The notes under the pieces are model-generated. The model made no database searches. It had not been told where the DNA came from and saw only the letters and a program-made list of their open reading frames with translations. Position numbers and translations under genes: made by a program. 64,000 nt of DNA. It comes from Pseudomonadota bacterium (GTDB lineage Bacteria > Pseudomonadota > Gammaproteobacteria > Burkholderiales > Thiobacillaceae). The stretch covers positions 26,885-90,884 of the forward strand of contig JBFLZP010000005.1 in the NCBI GenBank assembly GCA_040756115.1, given 5' to 3'. Of the stretch, positions 42,369 through 54,006 are shown in pieces (the first letter of the stretch is position 1; every line of letters starts with the position of its first letter).

Positions 42369-42489
42369 TGAAACCAGTTTTCGCGCCCATGCTCGAAATC
42401 ATCCGTTTGCCTACCTCCCGTTTCGTTTGTTTTCAATCAAGTGGCGCGCGCAGCGCACCACCCCTAATTCCCGGATCCTGTCCTGGTCT

Positions 42490-42978
42490 CTACCGATATT
42501 TCGCATCCGCCGCGCGGTCCTTGGCGATCTGTTCCTCATACTTGTCGCCGATCGCGAGCAGCATGGGCTTGGTGTAATACAGATCGCCGCGTTTTTCGCC
42601 GTGGTATTCGAGGATGCGGGTCTCGACGATGGAGTCGACCGGGCAGGATTCCTCGCAGAAGCCGCAGAAAATGCACTTGGTCAGGTCGATGTCGTAGCGC
42701 GTGGTGCGACGGGTGCTGTCGGCGCGCTGTTCCGATTCGATGGTGATGGCGAGCGCCGGGCACACTGCCTCGCAGAGCTTGCAGGCGATGCAGCGTTCCT
42801 CGCCGTTGGGGTAGCGGCGCAGCGCGTGCAGGCCGCGGAAGCGCGGCGATTGCGGGGTCTTTTCTTCCGGGTACTGCACCGTGATTTTGCGCGCGAACAG
42901 GTGACGGCCGGTGAGCATCATGCCGCGCAAAAGCTCGACCAGGAGCAGGCTGCCGAAGAATTGGGCCACTCGTTTCAT
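42490..42978 (-). CDS. nuoI: NADH-quinone oxidoreductase subunit I (2x[4Fe-4S])
   Basis: 162 aa; [12 protein letters not shown] and [12 protein letters not shown]. Confidence 0.95.
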   Translation of the reverse strand: MKRVAQFFGSLLLVELLRGMMLTGRHLFARKITVQYPEEKTPQSPRFRGLHALRRYPNGEERCIACKLCEAVCPALAITIESEQRADSTRRTTRYDIDLTKCIFCGFCEESCPVDSIVETRILEYHGEKRGDLYYTKPMLLAIGDKYEEQIAKDRAADAKYR

Positions 42979-43005
42979 GATAGGGATAGCCTTTTCATGG
43001 CACGC

Positions 43006-44022
43006 TCAGTGGAAGAGATGACCATACCGCGTCTGCATCATGGCGCCGACGACGACGATCCAGACGAGGGTGATGGGAATGAACACCTTCCAGCCCAGGC
43101 GCATGATCTGGTCGTAGCGATAGCGCGGGAAGGTGGCGCGGAACCACAGGAAGAGGAACAGCACGAAGGCGGTCTTGAGCAGCCACCAGACGATGCCGTC
43201 GGGCAGGAAGGGGAACGGCGAGAGCCAGCCGCCGAGGAACATCAGCGTGGTCAGCGCGGCGACCAGGATCATGTTGGCGTATTCGGCGAGGAAGAACACC
43301 GCGAAGGCCATGCCGGAATATTCGACGTGGAAGCCGGCGACGATCTCGGATTCGCCTTCGGCGACGTCGAACGGCGCGCGGTTGGTCTCGGCCACGCCGG
43401 AAATCAGGTACACCAGGAACAGCGGGAACAGCGGCCAGATGTACCAGTGGTGCACGCCGCCCGCCTGGCCTTGCACGATGTCGGTGAGATTGAGCGACTG
43501 CGCCGCCATCAGCACGCCGACCAGCGCGAAGCCCATCGCGATCTCGTACGACACGATCTGCGCCGCCGAGCGCATCGCGCCGAGGAAGGCGTATTTCGAG
43601 TTGGACGCCCAGCCGGCGATGATGACGCCGTAGACGCCCATCGAGGTGATCGCCATCACGTACAGCAGGCCGGCGTTGATATCGGCGAGCACCAGCGTGT
43701 CGGTGAACGGAATCACCGCCCACGCCGCCAGCGCCGGCGCGATGGCGAGGATGGGACCGAGGATGAACAGGCCCTTGTTGGCGCCGGAAGGAATGATGAT
43801 TTCCTTCATCAGGAGCTTCAAGCCGTCCGCGATCGGCTGCAGCAGGCCGAACGGGCCGACGCGGTTGGGGCCGATGCGCACCTGCATCCAGCCGATGATC
43901 TTGCGCTCGGCGTAGGTGAGGTAGGCGACGCCCAGCATCAGCGGCACGACGATCGCCATGATCTTGACCAGCGTCCAGACGACGGTTTGCACGGCAGCCC
44001 AGTCCACGTTCCCCCCTTCCAT
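43006..44022 (-). CDS. nuoH: NADH-quinone oxidoreductase subunit H
   Basis: 338 aa; [27 protein letters not shown] and [23 protein letters not shown]. Confidence 0.95.
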   Translation of the reverse strand: MEGGNVDWAAVQTVVWTLVKIMAIVVPLMLGVAYLTYAERKIIGWMQVRIGPNRVGPFGLLQPIADGLKLLMKEIIIPSGANKGLFILGPILAIAPALAAWAVIPFTDTLVLADINAGLLYVMAITSMGVYGVIIAGWASNSKYAFLGAMRSAAQIVSYEIAMGFALVGVLMAAQSLNLTDIVQGQAGGVHHWYIWPLFPLFLVYLISGVAETNRAPFDVAEGESEIVAGFHVEYSGMAFAVFFLAEYANMILVAALTTLMFLGGWLSPFPFLPDGIVWWLLKTAFVLFLFLWFRATFPRYRYDQIMRLGWKVFIPITLVWIVVVGAMMQTRYGHLFH

Positions 44023-46391
44023 CAGGCCGGCTCCGCCGTGATCGGGCCGAACATCGGGCCCAGGCCCGCCGTCAGCGGATGCCCGGCCGGCACGCGCACG
44101 CAGGTCTCGGGCAACAGGTCATCGCGCTCGACCTTGAGCGTCAGCGCCGATGCCGTCTGGCGCACCGACACGCGGCCGTTTTCGGCGAGGCCCAGTTTTT
44201 CGATCAGCCTGCCATGCATGCGCGCGACCGGGAGCGCCGCATCCCGCGTCATCTGCAGGGCCGGCGCGCGACGCACCACGGCGTCGGTCTGATAGATCGG
44301 CACCTCGGCGACGCGCTCGAGGCCGTCGATAACCTGCGGCGGCTTCGCCGCCACGCCGCTCACCTCGTTGCCGAGGAAGCCCTGCACGTTGCCGGTGGGC
44401 GTGTCGCCCAAGGCTTCCCGCAGCACCTCTTGCGAATCGTTGTGATCGAACCCGGCCAGCCCCAGCAGGTTGCCGAGCACGCGCAGCACCTTCCACGCCG
44501 GACGCGTCTCGCCGAGCGGCTTGACCACGGCAGCGAAGCTCTGCACCCGGCCTTCGGTGTTGATGAAGGTGCCGGACGTCTCGGTCCACGGTGCGATCGG
44601 CAGCAGCACGTCGGCGTAGTCGAGCGACTTGCCCTTGTAGGGCGACATCACGACGACGAAGTCTGCGGCGTTGATGCTCGCCATCGCTGTGACGGGATCA
44701 TGCGTGTCGAGTTCGGCCTCGACGCCTAACAGGAGATAGGCGGAAAGTGGCTGCGCCAGCATCTGCCTGGCGTTCAGACCCTTGATCGCCGCCTGCCCGA
44801 GTGCGCCACGGTGCGGCACGGCGCCGACCACTACCGCACCGACGCTGTTGGCGGCTTCGCCCAGGACACCGAAGCTGGCGCCGGCGAGCTTCGCCACTTC
44901 CTGCGCCAGCGCGTGGATCTGCGCGTAGCTCGGGTGATGCTGCGCCATGTTGCCGAGGAAGACCGCGCGCGTCTCGCCGCTGGAAATGCTGGCGGCCATT
45001 TTCTTCGCGGTGTCGTCTGCGACGCCCCCTGCCGCCAGATACGGCGCGGCGATCGCCGGCACCGGCTGGTTTTTCAATTCGGCCAGGGCGAGGCATACGC
45101 CTGCCAGCGCTGCCGCCAGTTGCGACGGCGCGACGATGCGCTTGGCATGGACCTTGCCGAGGAATTCGTCATCCGCCGCGTTGATGAGGTTGAGCTCGCC
45201 ATACCACCGCACCGATTCGCGGATGCGGTGTGCCATCAGCGGATGGTCCTTCCTGAGATTCGATCCGACGACGAGCATGCGGTTGAGCCGCGACATGTAG
45301 GTGACCGGCATGCCGAGCCAGAAGCCCCCCTGCGCGTGGTCGTCGAGCGAAAAGTCGGACTGGCGCAGCCGATGGTCGACGTTGCCGCTGCCCATCCCGC
45401 GCATCAGCTTCTGCAGGAGATAGAGTTCTTCCGCAGGACGGTACGGCGTAGACAGCGCGCCGATGCGGTCGGCCGGCAGCGATTTCAATTTGCCCGCCAC
45501 GAATTCAAGCGCTTCCTGCCAGGTCGTCTCGACCCACTGGCCATCGTGCTTGAGCATCGGCTGCGTCAGCCGCTCCGGCGTGTTGAGCCCCTGGTAGGAA
45601 AAACGGTCACGGTCCGCCAGCCAGCATTCGTTGACGTCTTCGTTCTCGCGCGGCACTACGCGCATCACCTTGTTGTCCTTGACATGGACTTCGAGGTTGG
45701 ACCCCAGGCTGTCATGCGGACTGATGGAAGGCCGGCGCGACAGCTCCCAGCTGCGTGCGCTGTAGCGGAAGGGCTTGCTGGTGAGGGCGCCGACCGGGCA
45801 CAGGTCGATGACGTTGCCCGACAGTTCCGACGCGACCTGGCTTTCGAGGAAGGGCATGACCTCGGTATGCTCGCCACGGCCCGCCATGCCGAGTTCCATG
45901 ATGCCGGCGATCTCCTGGCCGAAGCGCACGCAACGGCTGCAGTGGATGCAGCGCGTCATATCGGTGGCGATCAGCGGCCCGAGGTTTTTGTCGCGCACGA
46001 CGCGCTTGACTTCCTGGTAGCGCGACGACGATGCGCCGTAGCCCACGGCAAGATCCTGCAGGGTGCATTCACCGCCCTGGTCGCAGATCGGGCAATCGAG
46101 CGGATGGTTGATGAGGAGGAACTCCATCACCGCCTTCTGCGCTTTGATCGCGTACTCGGAGCGGGTGTAGACCTTCATGCCGTCGGTGACGGGGGTGGCG
46201 CAGGCCGGCAGCGGCTTCGGCGCCTTTTCCACCTGCACCAGGCACATGCGGCAGTTGGCCGCGATGGAGAGCTTCTTGTGGTAGCAGAAATGCGGAATGG
46301 TGATGCCGGCCGCGTTCGCCGCATCCATGATGGTCTTGCCGCTCTCGACCTGGAGCGCCTTGCCGTCAATTTCGATATTCAACGTGGCCAT
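44022..46391 (-). CDS. nuoG: NADH-quinone oxidoreductase subunit G
   Basis: 789 aa. N-terminal 2Fe-2S/4Fe-4S Cys motifs ([39 protein letters not shown]), then a molybdopterin-like domain. Confidence 0.95.
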   Translation of the reverse strand: MATLNIEIDGKALQVESGKTIMDAANAAGITIPHFCYHKKLSIAANCRMCLVQVEKAPKPLPACATPVTDGMKVYTRSEYAIKAQKAVMEFLLINHPLDCPICDQGGECTLQDLAVGYGASSSRYQEVKRVVRDKNLGPLIATDMTRCIHCSRCVRFGQEIAGIMELGMAGRGEHTEVMPFLESQVASELSGNVIDLCPVGALTSKPFRYSARSWELSRRPSISPHDSLGSNLEVHVKDNKVMRVVPRENEDVNECWLADRDRFSYQGLNTPERLTQPMLKHDGQWVETTWQEALEFVAGKLKSLPADRIGALSTPYRPAEELYLLQKLMRGMGSGNVDHRLRQSDFSLDDHAQGGFWLGMPVTYMSRLNRMLVVGSNLRKDHPLMAHRIRESVRWYGELNLINAADDEFLGKVHAKRIVAPSQLAAALAGVCLALAELKNQPVPAIAAPYLAAGGVADDTAKKMAASISSGETRAVFLGNMAQHHPSYAQIHALAQEVAKLAGASFGVLGEAANSVGAVVVGAVPHRGALGQAAIKGLNARQMLAQPLSAYLLLGVEAELDTHDPVTAMASINAADFVVVMSPYKGKSLDYADVLLPIAPWTETSGTFINTEGRVQSFAAVVKPLGETRPAWKVLRVLGNLLGLAGFDHNDSQEVLREALGDTPTGNVQGFLGNEVSGVAAKPPQVIDGLERVAEVPIYQTDAVVRRAPALQMTRDAALPVARMHGRLIEKLGLAENGRVSVRQTASALTLKVERDDLLPETCVRVPAGHPLTAGLGPMFGPITAEPA

Positions 46392-46394
46392 CGC

Positions 46395-47675
46395 TTACAC
46401 CATGCAACGCTTGTGTTCGACGTGGTACGCGAACTCGTCGCCGAAATGCTTGAGGAAGCTCTGCACCGGCATCGCGGCGGCGTCGCCCAGCGCGCAGATG
46501 GTGTGGCCGCCGATCCCGCCGGCCACGCTGTTGAGGAGGTCGAGGTCTTCGGCCCTGCCCTGCCCGTGCTCGATGCGGTGGATGATGCGGTACATCCAGC
46601 CGGTACCCTCGCGGCACGGCGTGCACTGGCCACAGGATTCCTCGAAATAGAAATACGAGAGCCGCTCCAGCGCGCGCACCATGCAAACCGTCTCGTCCAT
46701 CACGATGACCGCGCCCGAGCCCAGCATGGAGCCGGCCTTGGCGATGGAATCGAAATCCATGGTGCAGTCCATCATGATCGACCCCGGCAGCACCGGCGCC
46801 GACGAGCCACCCGGGATCACCGCCTTCAGCTTGCGGCCGTTCCTGACCCCCCCGGCCATCGCCAGCAGCTCGGCGAACGGCGTGCCGAGCGGCACCTCGT
46901 AGTTGCCCGGCCTGTTGACGTGGCCCGACACGGAAAACAGCTTGGCGCCGCCGTTGTTCGGCTTGCCGAGTTCGAGGAAGGCCTGGCCGCCATGCTGCAC
47001 GATCCATGGCACGGACGCCAGCGTCTCGGTATTGTTGATCGTGGTCGGCTTGCCGTAAAGGCCGAAGCTCGCCGGGAACGGGGGCTTGAAGCGCGGCTGG
47101 CCCTTCTTGCCCTCGATCGATTCCAGGAGCGCGGTTTCCTCGCCGCAGATGTACGCGCCGTAGCCGTGATGCGCATGCAGCTGGAAACAGAAATCGGTGC
47201 CGAACAGGTTGTCGCCGAGGTAGCCCGCTTCGCGCGCTTCCTTTAGCGCCGCCTCGAAGATCTCGTAGCAATCCCAGATCTCGCCGTGGATGTAGTTGTA
47301 GCCGACCCTGGCGCCGAGCACGTAGCCGGCGATCGCCATGCCCTCGATCAGCTGGTGCGGGTTGTAGCGCAGGATGTCGCGGTCCTTGAAGGTGCCTGGC
47401 TCGCCCTCGTCGCTGTTGCAGACGATGTACTTGTCACCCGCAAATGCGCGCGGCATGAAGCTCCACTTGAGGCCCGTGGGGAAGCCTGCGCCGCCGCGCC
47501 CGCGCAGCGCGCTGGTCTTCAACTCGGCGATGATGGCGTCACCCGGCACCTTCTCGGTGACGACGCGACGCAATGCCTGGTAGCCGCCGTTGGCAACATA
47601 GGTTGCCAGCGAGCCCGGATTGTCGAATTCCCGGGTCCAGCTGCAGACCTTGGGGGTCGGTTTGAGCAGACTCAT
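46395..47675 (-). CDS. nuoF: NADH-quinone oxidoreductase subunit F (FMN/NADH-binding)
   Basis: 426 aa from ATG 47675 (ATGA overlap with the nuoE stop); [39 protein letters not shown]. Confidence 0.95.
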   Translation of the reverse strand: MSLLKPTPKVCSWTREFDNPGSLATYVANGGYQALRRVVTEKVPGDAIIAELKTSALRGRGGAGFPTGLKWSFMPRAFAGDKYIVCNSDEGEPGTFKDRDILRYNPHQLIEGMAIAGYVLGARVGYNYIHGEIWDCYEIFEAALKEAREAGYLGDNLFGTDFCFQLHAHHGYGAYICGEETALLESIEGKKGQPRFKPPFPASFGLYGKPTTINNTETLASVPWIVQHGGQAFLELGKPNNGGAKLFSVSGHVNRPGNYEVPLGTPFAELLAMAGGVRNGRKLKAVIPGGSSAPVLPGSIMMDCTMDFDSIAKAGSMLGSGAVIVMDETVCMVRALERLSYFYFEESCGQCTPCREGTGWMYRIIHRIEHGQGRAEDLDLLNSVAGGIGGHTICALGDAAAMPVQSFLKHFGDEFAYHVEHKRCMV

Positions 47676-48145
47676 TTCAGCTTGTCCAGCAACTCGTCCA
47701 CCTTCTCGGGCGTGAGATGCGTGTGCATGGCGTGATTGTTGTGCAGGCACAGCGGGGCGTCACCGCAGGCCCCCATGCACTCGCCCTCCTTCAGCGTGAA
47801 ACGTCCGTCTTCGGTGGTCTCGCCGAAATCGATGCCGAGCTTCTGCTTCAGGTGGTCGGCGATCTCGCCTGCCCCCATCAGCGCACACGGCAAATTGGTG
47901 CACAGCGTGATCTTGTGGCGCCCGACCGGTTGGGTGTCGTACATGTTGTAGAAGGTCGCGACTTCATACGCCGCGATCGCCGGCATCCCCAGATATTCGG
48001 CGACGTATTCGATCAGCTCCGGTCTCAACCAGCCCTTCTCGGTCTGGGCGATGCGCAGCGCGCTCATCACCGCCGATTGTTTCTGCTCGGCAGGATATTT
48101 GGCGACTTCGGCGTCGATCGCCGCGAGCGATTCTGGCGACAGCAT
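47672..48145 (-). CDS. nuoE: NADH-quinone oxidoreductase subunit E
   Basis: 157 aa from ATG 48145; 2Fe-2S ligands in [11 protein letters not shown] and [10 protein letters not shown]. The remainder of the 463-aa listed ORF is an out-of-frame read of nuoD. Confidence 0.93.
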   Translation of the reverse strand: MLSPESLAAIDAEVAKYPAEQKQSAVMSALRIAQTEKGWLRPELIEYVAEYLGMPAIAAYEVATFYNMYDTQPVGRHKITLCTNLPCALMGAGEIADHLKQKLGIDFGETTEDGRFTLKEGECMGACGDAPLCLHNNHAMHTHLTPEKVDELLDKLK

Positions 48146-49398
48146 CAGCGGTCGATCTCCCCGAAAACGATGTCCTGCGTGCCGATGATGGCGACGACAT
48201 CGGCAATCATGTGACCGCGCGCCATTTCGTCGAGCGCAGCGAGGTGCGCGAAACCCGGCGCGCGGATCTTCAGCCGGTACGGCTTGTTGGCCCCGTCCGA
48301 CACCAGGTAGATGCCGAACTCGCCCTTGGGATGCTCGACCGCGGCATAGGCCTCGCCCGCCGGCACGTGCATCCCCTCGGTAAAGAGCTTGAAGTGATGG
48401 ATCAGCTCTTCCATGTTCGTCTTCATCGACAGCCGGTCGGGCGGCGCCACCTTGTGGTTGTCGACAATCACCGGCCCCGGATGCTTTCTCAGCCAGTCGA
48501 TGCACTGTTTGATGATGCGATTCGACTGGCGCATTTCCTCGATGCGCACCAGATAGCGGTCGTAGCAGTCGCCGTTGGTGCCGACCGGGATGTCGAAGTC
48601 CAGGCGGTCGTAGACCTCGTAGGGCTGCTTCTTGCGCAGGTCCCACTCGACGCCGGAGCCGCGCAGCATGGGGCCGGTGAATCCCAGCGCCTTGGCGCGC
48701 TCCGGCGACACCACGCCGATGCCGACGGTGCGCTGCTTCCAGATGCGGTTGTCGGTGAGCAGCGTCTCGTATTCGTCGACGTAGGTCGGGAAGCGGTTGG
48801 TGAAATCCTCGATGAAGTCGAGCAGCGAGCCCTGGCGGTTGTCGTTCATCGCCTTGAGCGCCGCCTCGTTGCGGGTGTGCTGCGCCTGGTACTGCGGCAT
48901 CGTGTCGGGCAGGTCGCGGTAGACGCCGCCGGGACGGTAATACGCCGCGTGCATGCGCGCGCCGGACACCGCCTCGTAGCAGTCCATCAGGTCCTCGCGC
49001 TCGCGGAAGGCATAGAGGAAGACCGTCATCGCGCCGACGTCGAGCGCATGCGCGCCCAGCCACAGCAGGTGATTCAGGATGCGGGTGATCTCGTCGAACA
49101 TCACGCGGATGTACTGCGCGCGCTCCGGCACCTCGATGCCGAGCAGCTTTTCGATCGCCATCACGTAGGCGTGCTCGTTGACCATCATCGAGACGTAGTC
49201 GAGGCGGTCCATGTAGGGTACCGACTGGATGAAGGTCTTGTGCTCGGCGAGCTTCTCGGTCGCGCGGTGCAAGAGGCCGATGTGCGGGTCGGCGCGCTGG
49301 ATCACCTCGCCGTCGAGTTCCAGCACCAGCCGCAGCACGCCATGGGCGGCCGGGTGCTGCGGGCCGAAGTTCATGGTGTAGTTCCTGATCTCGGCCAT
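48145..49398 (-). CDS. nuoD: NADH-quinone oxidoreductase subunit D
   Basis: 417 aa from ATG 49398 ([31 protein letters not shown]), ending DIVFGEIDR. Confidence 0.95.
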   Translation of the reverse strand: MAEIRNYTMNFGPQHPAAHGVLRLVLELDGEVIQRADPHIGLLHRATEKLAEHKTFIQSVPYMDRLDYVSMMVNEHAYVMAIEKLLGIEVPERAQYIRVMFDEITRILNHLLWLGAHALDVGAMTVFLYAFREREDLMDCYEAVSGARMHAAYYRPGGVYRDLPDTMPQYQAQHTRNEAALKAMNDNRQGSLLDFIEDFTNRFPTYVDEYETLLTDNRIWKQRTVGIGVVSPERAKALGFTGPMLRGSGVEWDLRKKQPYEVYDRLDFDIPVGTNGDCYDRYLVRIEEMRQSNRIIKQCIDWLRKHPGPVIVDNHKVAPPDRLSMKTNMEELIHHFKLFTEGMHVPAGEAYAAVEHPKGEFGIYLVSDGANKPYRLKIRAPGFAHLAALDEMARGHMIADVVAIIGTQDIVFGEIDR

Positions 49399-49399
49399 G

Positions 49400-49999
49400 T
49401 CAGCGCCCTGCCCCGTAGCTCTCGTCACGTACGATGCGCGGCACGATTTCGCGCGGCTCGATCGACACCGGCTGGTAGATCACGCGCTGCTGCGTCGGGT
49501 CGTAGCGCATCTCGACGTTGCCCGACAGCGGAAAGTCCTTGCGGAAGGGGTGCCCGATGAAGCCATAGTCGGTAAGGATGCGGCGCAGGTCGGGGTGCCC
49601 TTCGAACACGATGCCGAAGAGATCGAAAGCCTCGCGCTCGAACCAGTTCGCCGATGGCCACAGGTCAACGACGGAAGGCACGACCGGCAGGTCGTCGTCG
49701 GGACAGAACACGCGCACCCGCACGCGCTGGTTGTAGGTGAGCGACAGCAGGTGCACCACGACGGCGAAGCGCGGGCCTTCCCAGGCGCCATCGCCGTAGT
49801 CCGCGTAGTCCACGCCGCAGAGATCGATCAACTGCTCGAAGCGGCAATCGGGATGATCGCGCAGCGTGCCCATGGCCGCGGCGTAATGCTGCGCCTTGAT
49901 CACCAGCGTCTGCTCGCCCAGGCGCACGAAGGACTGCACCAGCGCATCGCCAAGCGCGGTTTCGAGCGGCAAAACGGGGGCTTCCGGAGTCTGGGCCAT
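49400..49999 (-). CDS. nuoC: NADH-quinone oxidoreductase subunit C
   Basis: 199 aa; [30 protein letters not shown]. Confidence 0.94.
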   Translation of the reverse strand: MAQTPEAPVLPLETALGDALVQSFVRLGEQTLVIKAQHYAAAMGTLRDHPDCRFEQLIDLCGVDYADYGDGAWEGPRFAVVVHLLSLTYNQRVRVRVFCPDDDLPVVPSVVDLWPSANWFEREAFDLFGIVFEGHPDLRRILTDYGFIGHPFRKDFPLSGNVEMRYDPTQQRVIYQPVSIEPREIVPRIVRDESYGAGR

Positions 50000-50005
50000 A
50001 GGGGG

Positions 50006-50482
50006 TCAGCGGGCGATGGTGTTGGTGCGGCGGATCTTGTTCTGCAACTGGATGATACCGAACAGCAGCGCTTCCGCCGTGGGCGGACAGCCCGGCACGT
50101 AGATGTCGACCGGCACGATGCGGTCGCAGCCGCGCACCACCGAATACGAATAGTGATAGTAGCCGCCGCCGTTGGCGCACGACCCCATCGAGATCACCCA
50201 GCGCGGCTCGGCCATCTGGTCGTAGACCTTGCGCAACGCCGGCGCCATCTTGTTGCACAGCGTGCCGGCGACGATCATCACGTCGGATTGCCGGGGGCTC
50301 GGCCGGAACACGATGCCGAAGCGGTCGAGGTCGTAGCGCGACGCGCCGGCCTGCATCATTTCCACCGCACAGCACGCAAGACCGAAGGTCATCGGCCACA
50401 TCGAACCCGTGCGCATGTAGTTGATGAGCTGGTCGGCCTTGGTGGTGACAAAACCCTGTTCGAGGATGCCTTCGATGCTCAT
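50006..50482 (-). CDS. nuoB: NADH-quinone oxidoreductase subunit B
   Basis: 158 aa; [25 protein letters not shown]. Confidence 0.95.
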   Translation of the reverse strand: MSIEGILEQGFVTTKADQLINYMRTGSMWPMTFGLACCAVEMMQAGASRYDLDRFGIVFRPSPRQSDVMIVAGTLCNKMAPALRKVYDQMAEPRWVISMGSCANGGGYYHYSYSVVRGCDRIVPVDIYVPGCPPTAEALLFGIIQLQNKIRRTNTIAR

Positions 50483-50510
50483 CGTTCAAGCCCTGCGGTC
50501 GCCAGCATGC

Positions 50511-50867
50511 TCATTCCCACTCGAGTGCCCCACGCATCCACTCATAAATGAAGCCCACCACGAGTATCCCCAGAAATCCCATCATCGCCAGGAAACCAGC
50601 CATCCCGATTTCCTCCAGCACGACGGCCCAGGGGAAAAGGAAGGCGATTTCCAGATCGAACAGGATGAAGAGGATGGCGACGAGGTAATAGCGCACGTCG
50701 AACTTCATGCGCGCGTCTTCAAAGGCCTCGAAGCCGCATTCATAGGGGGAAAGCTTCTCGCTGTCGGGGCGGTTGGGCCCCAGGAGCGCACCGGTCACGA
50801 TCGGGCCCACGCCGAAGGCCAGCCCGACCAGTATGAACAGCAGTATGGGGAGATAGTTCTCAAGCAC
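50511..50867 (-). CDS. nuoA: NADH-quinone oxidoreductase subunit A
   Basis: 118 aa; YECGFEAF and [12 protein letters not shown]. The start codon reads GTG at 50867, with GGAGGAAG upstream. Confidence 0.93.
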   Translation of the reverse strand: MLENYLPILLFILVGLAFGVGPIVTGALLGPNRPDSEKLSPYECGFEAFEDARMKFDVRYYLVAILFILFDLEIAFLFPWAVVLEEIGMAGFLAMMGFLGILVVGFIYEWMRGALEWE

Positions 50868-50915
50868 CGGCTTCCTCCGACTCTGCCCGCCCAGGCTTGT
50901 TGGTTATACGATCGG

Positions 50916-50945
50916 AGTCTACGGCCCAGACACCACAGGTGTCAA
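50916..50945 (-). promoter_or_regulatory. Candidate sigma-70 promoter of the nuo operon
   Basis: The minus strand reads TTGACA (50945-50940), an 18-nt spacer, then TAGACT (50921-50916), about 50 nt upstream of the nuoA start. It is preceded by an AT-rich stretch (50950-51020). Confidence 0.45.
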
Positions 50946-50995
50946 GCCGAACAATTGGTACTTTTATTTTAATAATCAGATATTTACAAGATAGT

Positions 50996-51017
50996 CCTGA
51001 TTAATGTATGAATCAGG
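50996..51017 (-). terminator. AT-rich hairpin just downstream of tRNA-Leu; weak candidate terminator or operator
   Basis: CCTGATT (50996-51002) pairs with AATCAGG (51011-51017) around an 8-nt loop. A third copy, TAATCAG, lies at 50973-50979. Confidence 0.3.
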
Positions 51018-51025
51018 AAAATTGA

Positions 51026-51110
51026 TGGTGCCGACGGCGAGACTCGAACTCGCACGACTTTCGTCACTACCCCCTCAAGATAGCGTGTCTACCAATTCCA
51101 CCACGTCGGC
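51026..51110 (-). tRNA. tRNA-Leu (anticodon GAG)
   Basis: The minus strand reads GCCGACGTGGTGGAATTGGTAGACACGCTATCTTGAGGGGGTAGTGACGAAAGTCGTGCGAGTTCGAGTCTCGCCGTCGGCACCA. It has a 7-bp acceptor stem, a CTATC/GGTAG anticodon stem with loop TTGAGGG, a long variable arm, a GGTTCGA-like T-loop and an encoded CCA. Confidence 0.93.
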
Positions 51111-51141
51111 CAATGGGCATGCGCCCGTTGGATACTGCTTT

Positions 51142-51477
51142 TTACTGCGGGATGTCTGCCGCCTTGGAGCCGGGAGCCGGTTCCGGGGCGGCAGGCTGCG
51201 TCGTTGCCGGCACGGCCGTGCGCTCGATGACGCTGGTCGGCTTGTGCTGCTGTAGCGCAAAATAGGCCAGCCCAAGGCTGGTCAGGAAAAACAAAGTCGC
51301 CAGGATCGCCGTGGCGCGGCTCAGGAAATTGGCCGAGCCGCTCGCCCCGAACAGGCTGCCGGACGAACCGCTGCCGAAGGCCGCGCCCATGTCGGCGCCC
51401 TTGCCGTGCTGCAGGAGCACCAGGGCAATAACTCCGATGGCGACAAGTACGTGTACGACCCAGACCAGTGTTTCCAT
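51142..51477 (-). CDS. secG: Preprotein translocase subunit SecG
   Basis: 111 aa; [36 protein letters not shown], with a Pro/Ala-rich tail. Confidence 0.92.
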   Translation of the reverse strand: METLVWVVHVLVAIGVIALVLLQHGKGADMGAAFGSGSSGSLFGASGSANFLSRATAILATLFFLTSLGLAYFALQQHKPTSVIERTAVPATTQPAAPEPAPGSKAADIPQ

Positions 51478-51501
51478 GAATGCCAGTGTGCTCGGTGTAG
51501 C

Positions 51502-52248
51502 CTAGTTTGCAGCGGCGCGGCAGATCGCGATGAATTCGTCGGCCACCAGTGAGGCGCCGCCGATGAGGCCGCCGTCGATATCCGGCTGAGTCATCAATTC
51601 TGCCGCATTCGAGGCTTTCACGCTACCCCCGTACTGGATCACCAGCCCGGCGGCCACGGCCGGATCGAGTGCGGCGACCTTGCCGCGAATGAAGGCGTGC
51701 ACGGCCTGCGCCTGCTCGGGGCTGGCCGTCTTGCCGGTGCCGATCGCCCACACCGGCTCGTAAGCGACGACGGCGTTGGCCAGCGACGCCACGCCCGCGG
51801 CGGCGATCACTGCGTCGAGCTGGCGGGCGACGACCTGTTCGGTCACGCCCGCCTCGCGCTCGGCCAGCGACTCGCCGACGCAGAGGATGGGCACCAGACC
51901 GGCAGCCTGCGCCGCCATGTATTTCTTCGCGACCAGTTCGTCCGATTCGCCGTACAGGCTGCGCCGCTCGGAGTGCCCGACGATCACGTAGGTGCAGGCG
52001 AAATCGCGCAGCATCGAGGCCGACACTTCGCCCGTGTATGCGCCCTTGGCCTGATCGGACAGGTTCTGCGCGCCCCAGGCGATCGACGAGCCGGCGAGCG
52101 CGGCCTGCGCCTGTGCAAGATAGGGAAACGGCACGCACACGGCGGCTTCGATGCCAGCGAGTGCAGGCTTGATCGCGGCCAGCAGCGCGGCATTTTCCGC
52201 CAGGCTGCCGTTCATTTTCCAGTTACCGGCTACGAGCTTCTTGCGCAT
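51502..52248 (-). CDS. tpiA: Triosephosphate isomerase
   Basis: 248 aa from ATG 52248 (MRKKLVAGNWKMNG); VIVGHSERR, YEPVWAIGTG, GGASL. Confidence 0.94.
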   Translation of the reverse strand: MRKKLVAGNWKMNGSLAENAALLAAIKPALAGIEAAVCVPFPYLAQAQAALAGSSIAWGAQNLSDQAKGAYTGEVSASMLRDFACTYVIVGHSERRSLYGESDELVAKKYMAAQAAGLVPILCVGESLAEREAGVTEQVVARQLDAVIAAAGVASLANAVVAYEPVWAIGTGKTASPEQAQAVHAFIRGKVAALDPAVAAGLVIQYGGSVKASNAAELMTQPDIDGGLIGGASLVADEFIAICRAAAN

Positions 52249-52351
52249 CGTTCTAACTATCCAGGATGGAAACCCGTCCAACACAAAGTGCGCGATGGTA
52301 AGCGCTATGCGTTCGCCGGTCAACCGCCGGACGCGTCGGCATGTTGTGAAA

Positions 52352-53134
52352 TCAGCCGAAACGGCCAGTAATGTAGTCTTCGGTCTGCTTCTTGTCGGGC
52401 TTCATGAAGATGGTGCTGGTCTCGTTGAACTCGACGAGTTCGCCTAGGTACATGAAGGCCGTGTAGTCGGAAATCCGGGCCGCCTGCTGCATGTTGTGGG
52501 TGACGATGGCGATGGTGTAGTCGCTCTTGAGCTCGTTGATGAGTTCCTCGATCTTGGCGGTCGAGATCGGGTCGAGCGCGGAGGTCGGCTCGTCCAGCAG
52601 GACGATCTCGGGCTTGACCGCCACCGCACGCGCGATACACAGCCGCTGCTGCTGTCCGCCGGAAAGCGACAGCCCGCTCTGGTGCAGCTTGTCCTTCACC
52701 TCGCCCCACAGCGCGGCTTTCTTGAGCGCCCATTCGACGCGATCGTCCATGGCGCTACGCGACATGCGCTCGTAGAGCCGCACGCCGAAGGCGATGTTCT
52801 CGTAGATCGTCATCGGGAACGGCGTCGGTTTCTGGAACACCATGCCGATCTTGGCGCGCACCAGGTTCACGTCCTGTTTCCTGTCGAGCAGGTTCTTGCC
52901 GTGGAACAGGATCTCGCCTTCCGCACGCTGCCGCGGATAGAGGTCGTACATGCGATTGAAGGTCCGCAGCAGCGTCGATTTGCCGCAGCCCGAGGGGCCG
53001 ATGAAGGCGGTCACCTTGTTGCTGGCGATGTCCAGGTTGACGTTGCTGAGCCCCTTGTAGTCGCCATAGTAGAAATCGAGGTTACGCACCTCCAGCGCGG
53101 CGTTCTCGATCGTGGGCTTGGTTTGTTCGGGCAT
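52352..53134 (-). CDS. pstB: Phosphate ABC transporter ATP-binding protein
   Basis: 260 aa; [34 protein letters not shown]; typical PstB C-terminus ITGRFG. Confidence 0.95.
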   Translation of the reverse strand: MPEQTKPTIENAALEVRNLDFYYGDYKGLSNVNLDIASNKVTAFIGPSGCGKSTLLRTFNRMYDLYPRQRAEGEILFHGKNLLDRKQDVNLVRAKIGMVFQKPTPFPMTIYENIAFGVRLYERMSRSAMDDRVEWALKKAALWGEVKDKLHQSGLSLSGGQQQRLCIARAVAVKPEIVLLDEPTSALDPISTAKIEELINELKSDYTIAIVTHNMQQAARISDYTAFMYLGELVEFNETSTIFMKPDKKQTEDYITGRFG

Positions 53135-53153
53135 CGGAAAAAGCTCCGGGGAA

Positions 53154-53996
53154 TTAACGTTTGTCTTTGTTGCGGAACGCGATACGCACGCCTATGTTGA
53201 CCGCCAGAACCAGGAACGCGATCAGCAGCGCGCCCCCCCACGCCAGGTTGACCCAGTTCTCGTAGGGGCTCAGCGCGAACTGGAAGATCACCACCGGCAG
53301 GTTGCCCATGGGTTCGCTCATGTTGGTGCTGAAGAACTGGTTGTTGAGCGCGGTGAACAGGAGTGGCGCCGTCTCGCCGGTGATGCGCGCCATCGCCAGC
53401 AGTACGCCGGTCACCACGCCCGATTTCACCGCGCGCAGCGTCACCTTGAGCGACACCTGCCAGCGCGGCGCGCCGACGGCGAAGGCCGCTTCGCGCAGGC
53501 TGGTCGGCACCAGCTTCAGCATGTTCTCGGTGGTGCGCACCACGACCGGAATGGCGATCAGCGCCAGCGCCAGCGAACCCGCCCAGCCGGAGAAGCCGCC
53601 GGTGGTCGCCACGAACAGCGCGTAGACGAACAGGCCGATGACGATGGACGGCGCAGACAGCATGATGTCGGTCATGAAGCGGGTGAACGCGGCGAATTTC
53701 GACACGCGTCCGTATTCGGCGAGGTAGATGCCGGCAAGGATGCCGACCGGGGTCGCGATCAGCATCGAGAACAACAGGATGAGGCCGCTGCCGACGATGG
53801 CATTGCGCAGGCCACCGCCCTCGGAACCGGGGGCCGGCGTGTCCTGGGTGAAGAGGTCGATGCTGAGTGCGGCAAAGCCCTTCGAGAACAGCGTCCACAG
53901 GATCCACAGCAAGGCGATCAGCCCCAGGCTCATCGCGAGCATCGAGAGCGTGATGCCGAGGCGGTTGATCCAGATGCGGCGGGTGTAGAGAGTCAT
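53154..53996 (-). CDS. pstA: Phosphate ABC transporter permease PstA
   Basis: 280 aa, six TM helices, EAA-loop-like [15 protein letters not shown]. Confidence 0.92.
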   Translation of the reverse strand: MTLYTRRIWINRLGITLSMLAMSLGLIALLWILWTLFSKGFAALSIDLFTQDTPAPGSEGGGLRNAIVGSGLILLFSMLIATPVGILAGIYLAEYGRVSKFAAFTRFMTDIMLSAPSIVIGLFVYALFVATTGGFSGWAGSLALALIAIPVVVRTTENMLKLVPTSLREAAFAVGAPRWQVSLKVTLRAVKSGVVTGVLLAMARITGETAPLLFTALNNQFFSTNMSEPMGNLPVVIFQFALSPYENWVNLAWGGALLIAFLVLAVNIGVRIAFRNKDKR

Positions 53997-54006
53997 TGCG
54001 CGTTCC

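Noticed and set aside
20959-47246. Further long antisense ORFs, for example 20959-23511 (+), 27804-30917 (-), 36507-39329 (+), 39085-41478 (+), 42427-44292 (+) and 44811-47246 (+)
   Set aside because: Each lies opposite a clearly conserved gene (hscA, mutS, nuoN/M/L/H/G/F) and has an Arg/Gly/His/Asp-rich composition without domains. I treat them as the absence of stop codons in GC-rich antisense frames, not as genes.
51026-51110. tRNA-Leu as a genomic-island integration site
   Set aside because: There is no integrase, no direct repeat of the tRNA 3' end, and no foreign genes. The tRNA is flanked by secG and nuoA in what looks like the conserved arrangement.
51004-51255. An 83-aa plus-strand ORF
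   Set aside because: It reads straight through the antisense of tRNA-Leu and into the antisense of secG, so it is not a gene.
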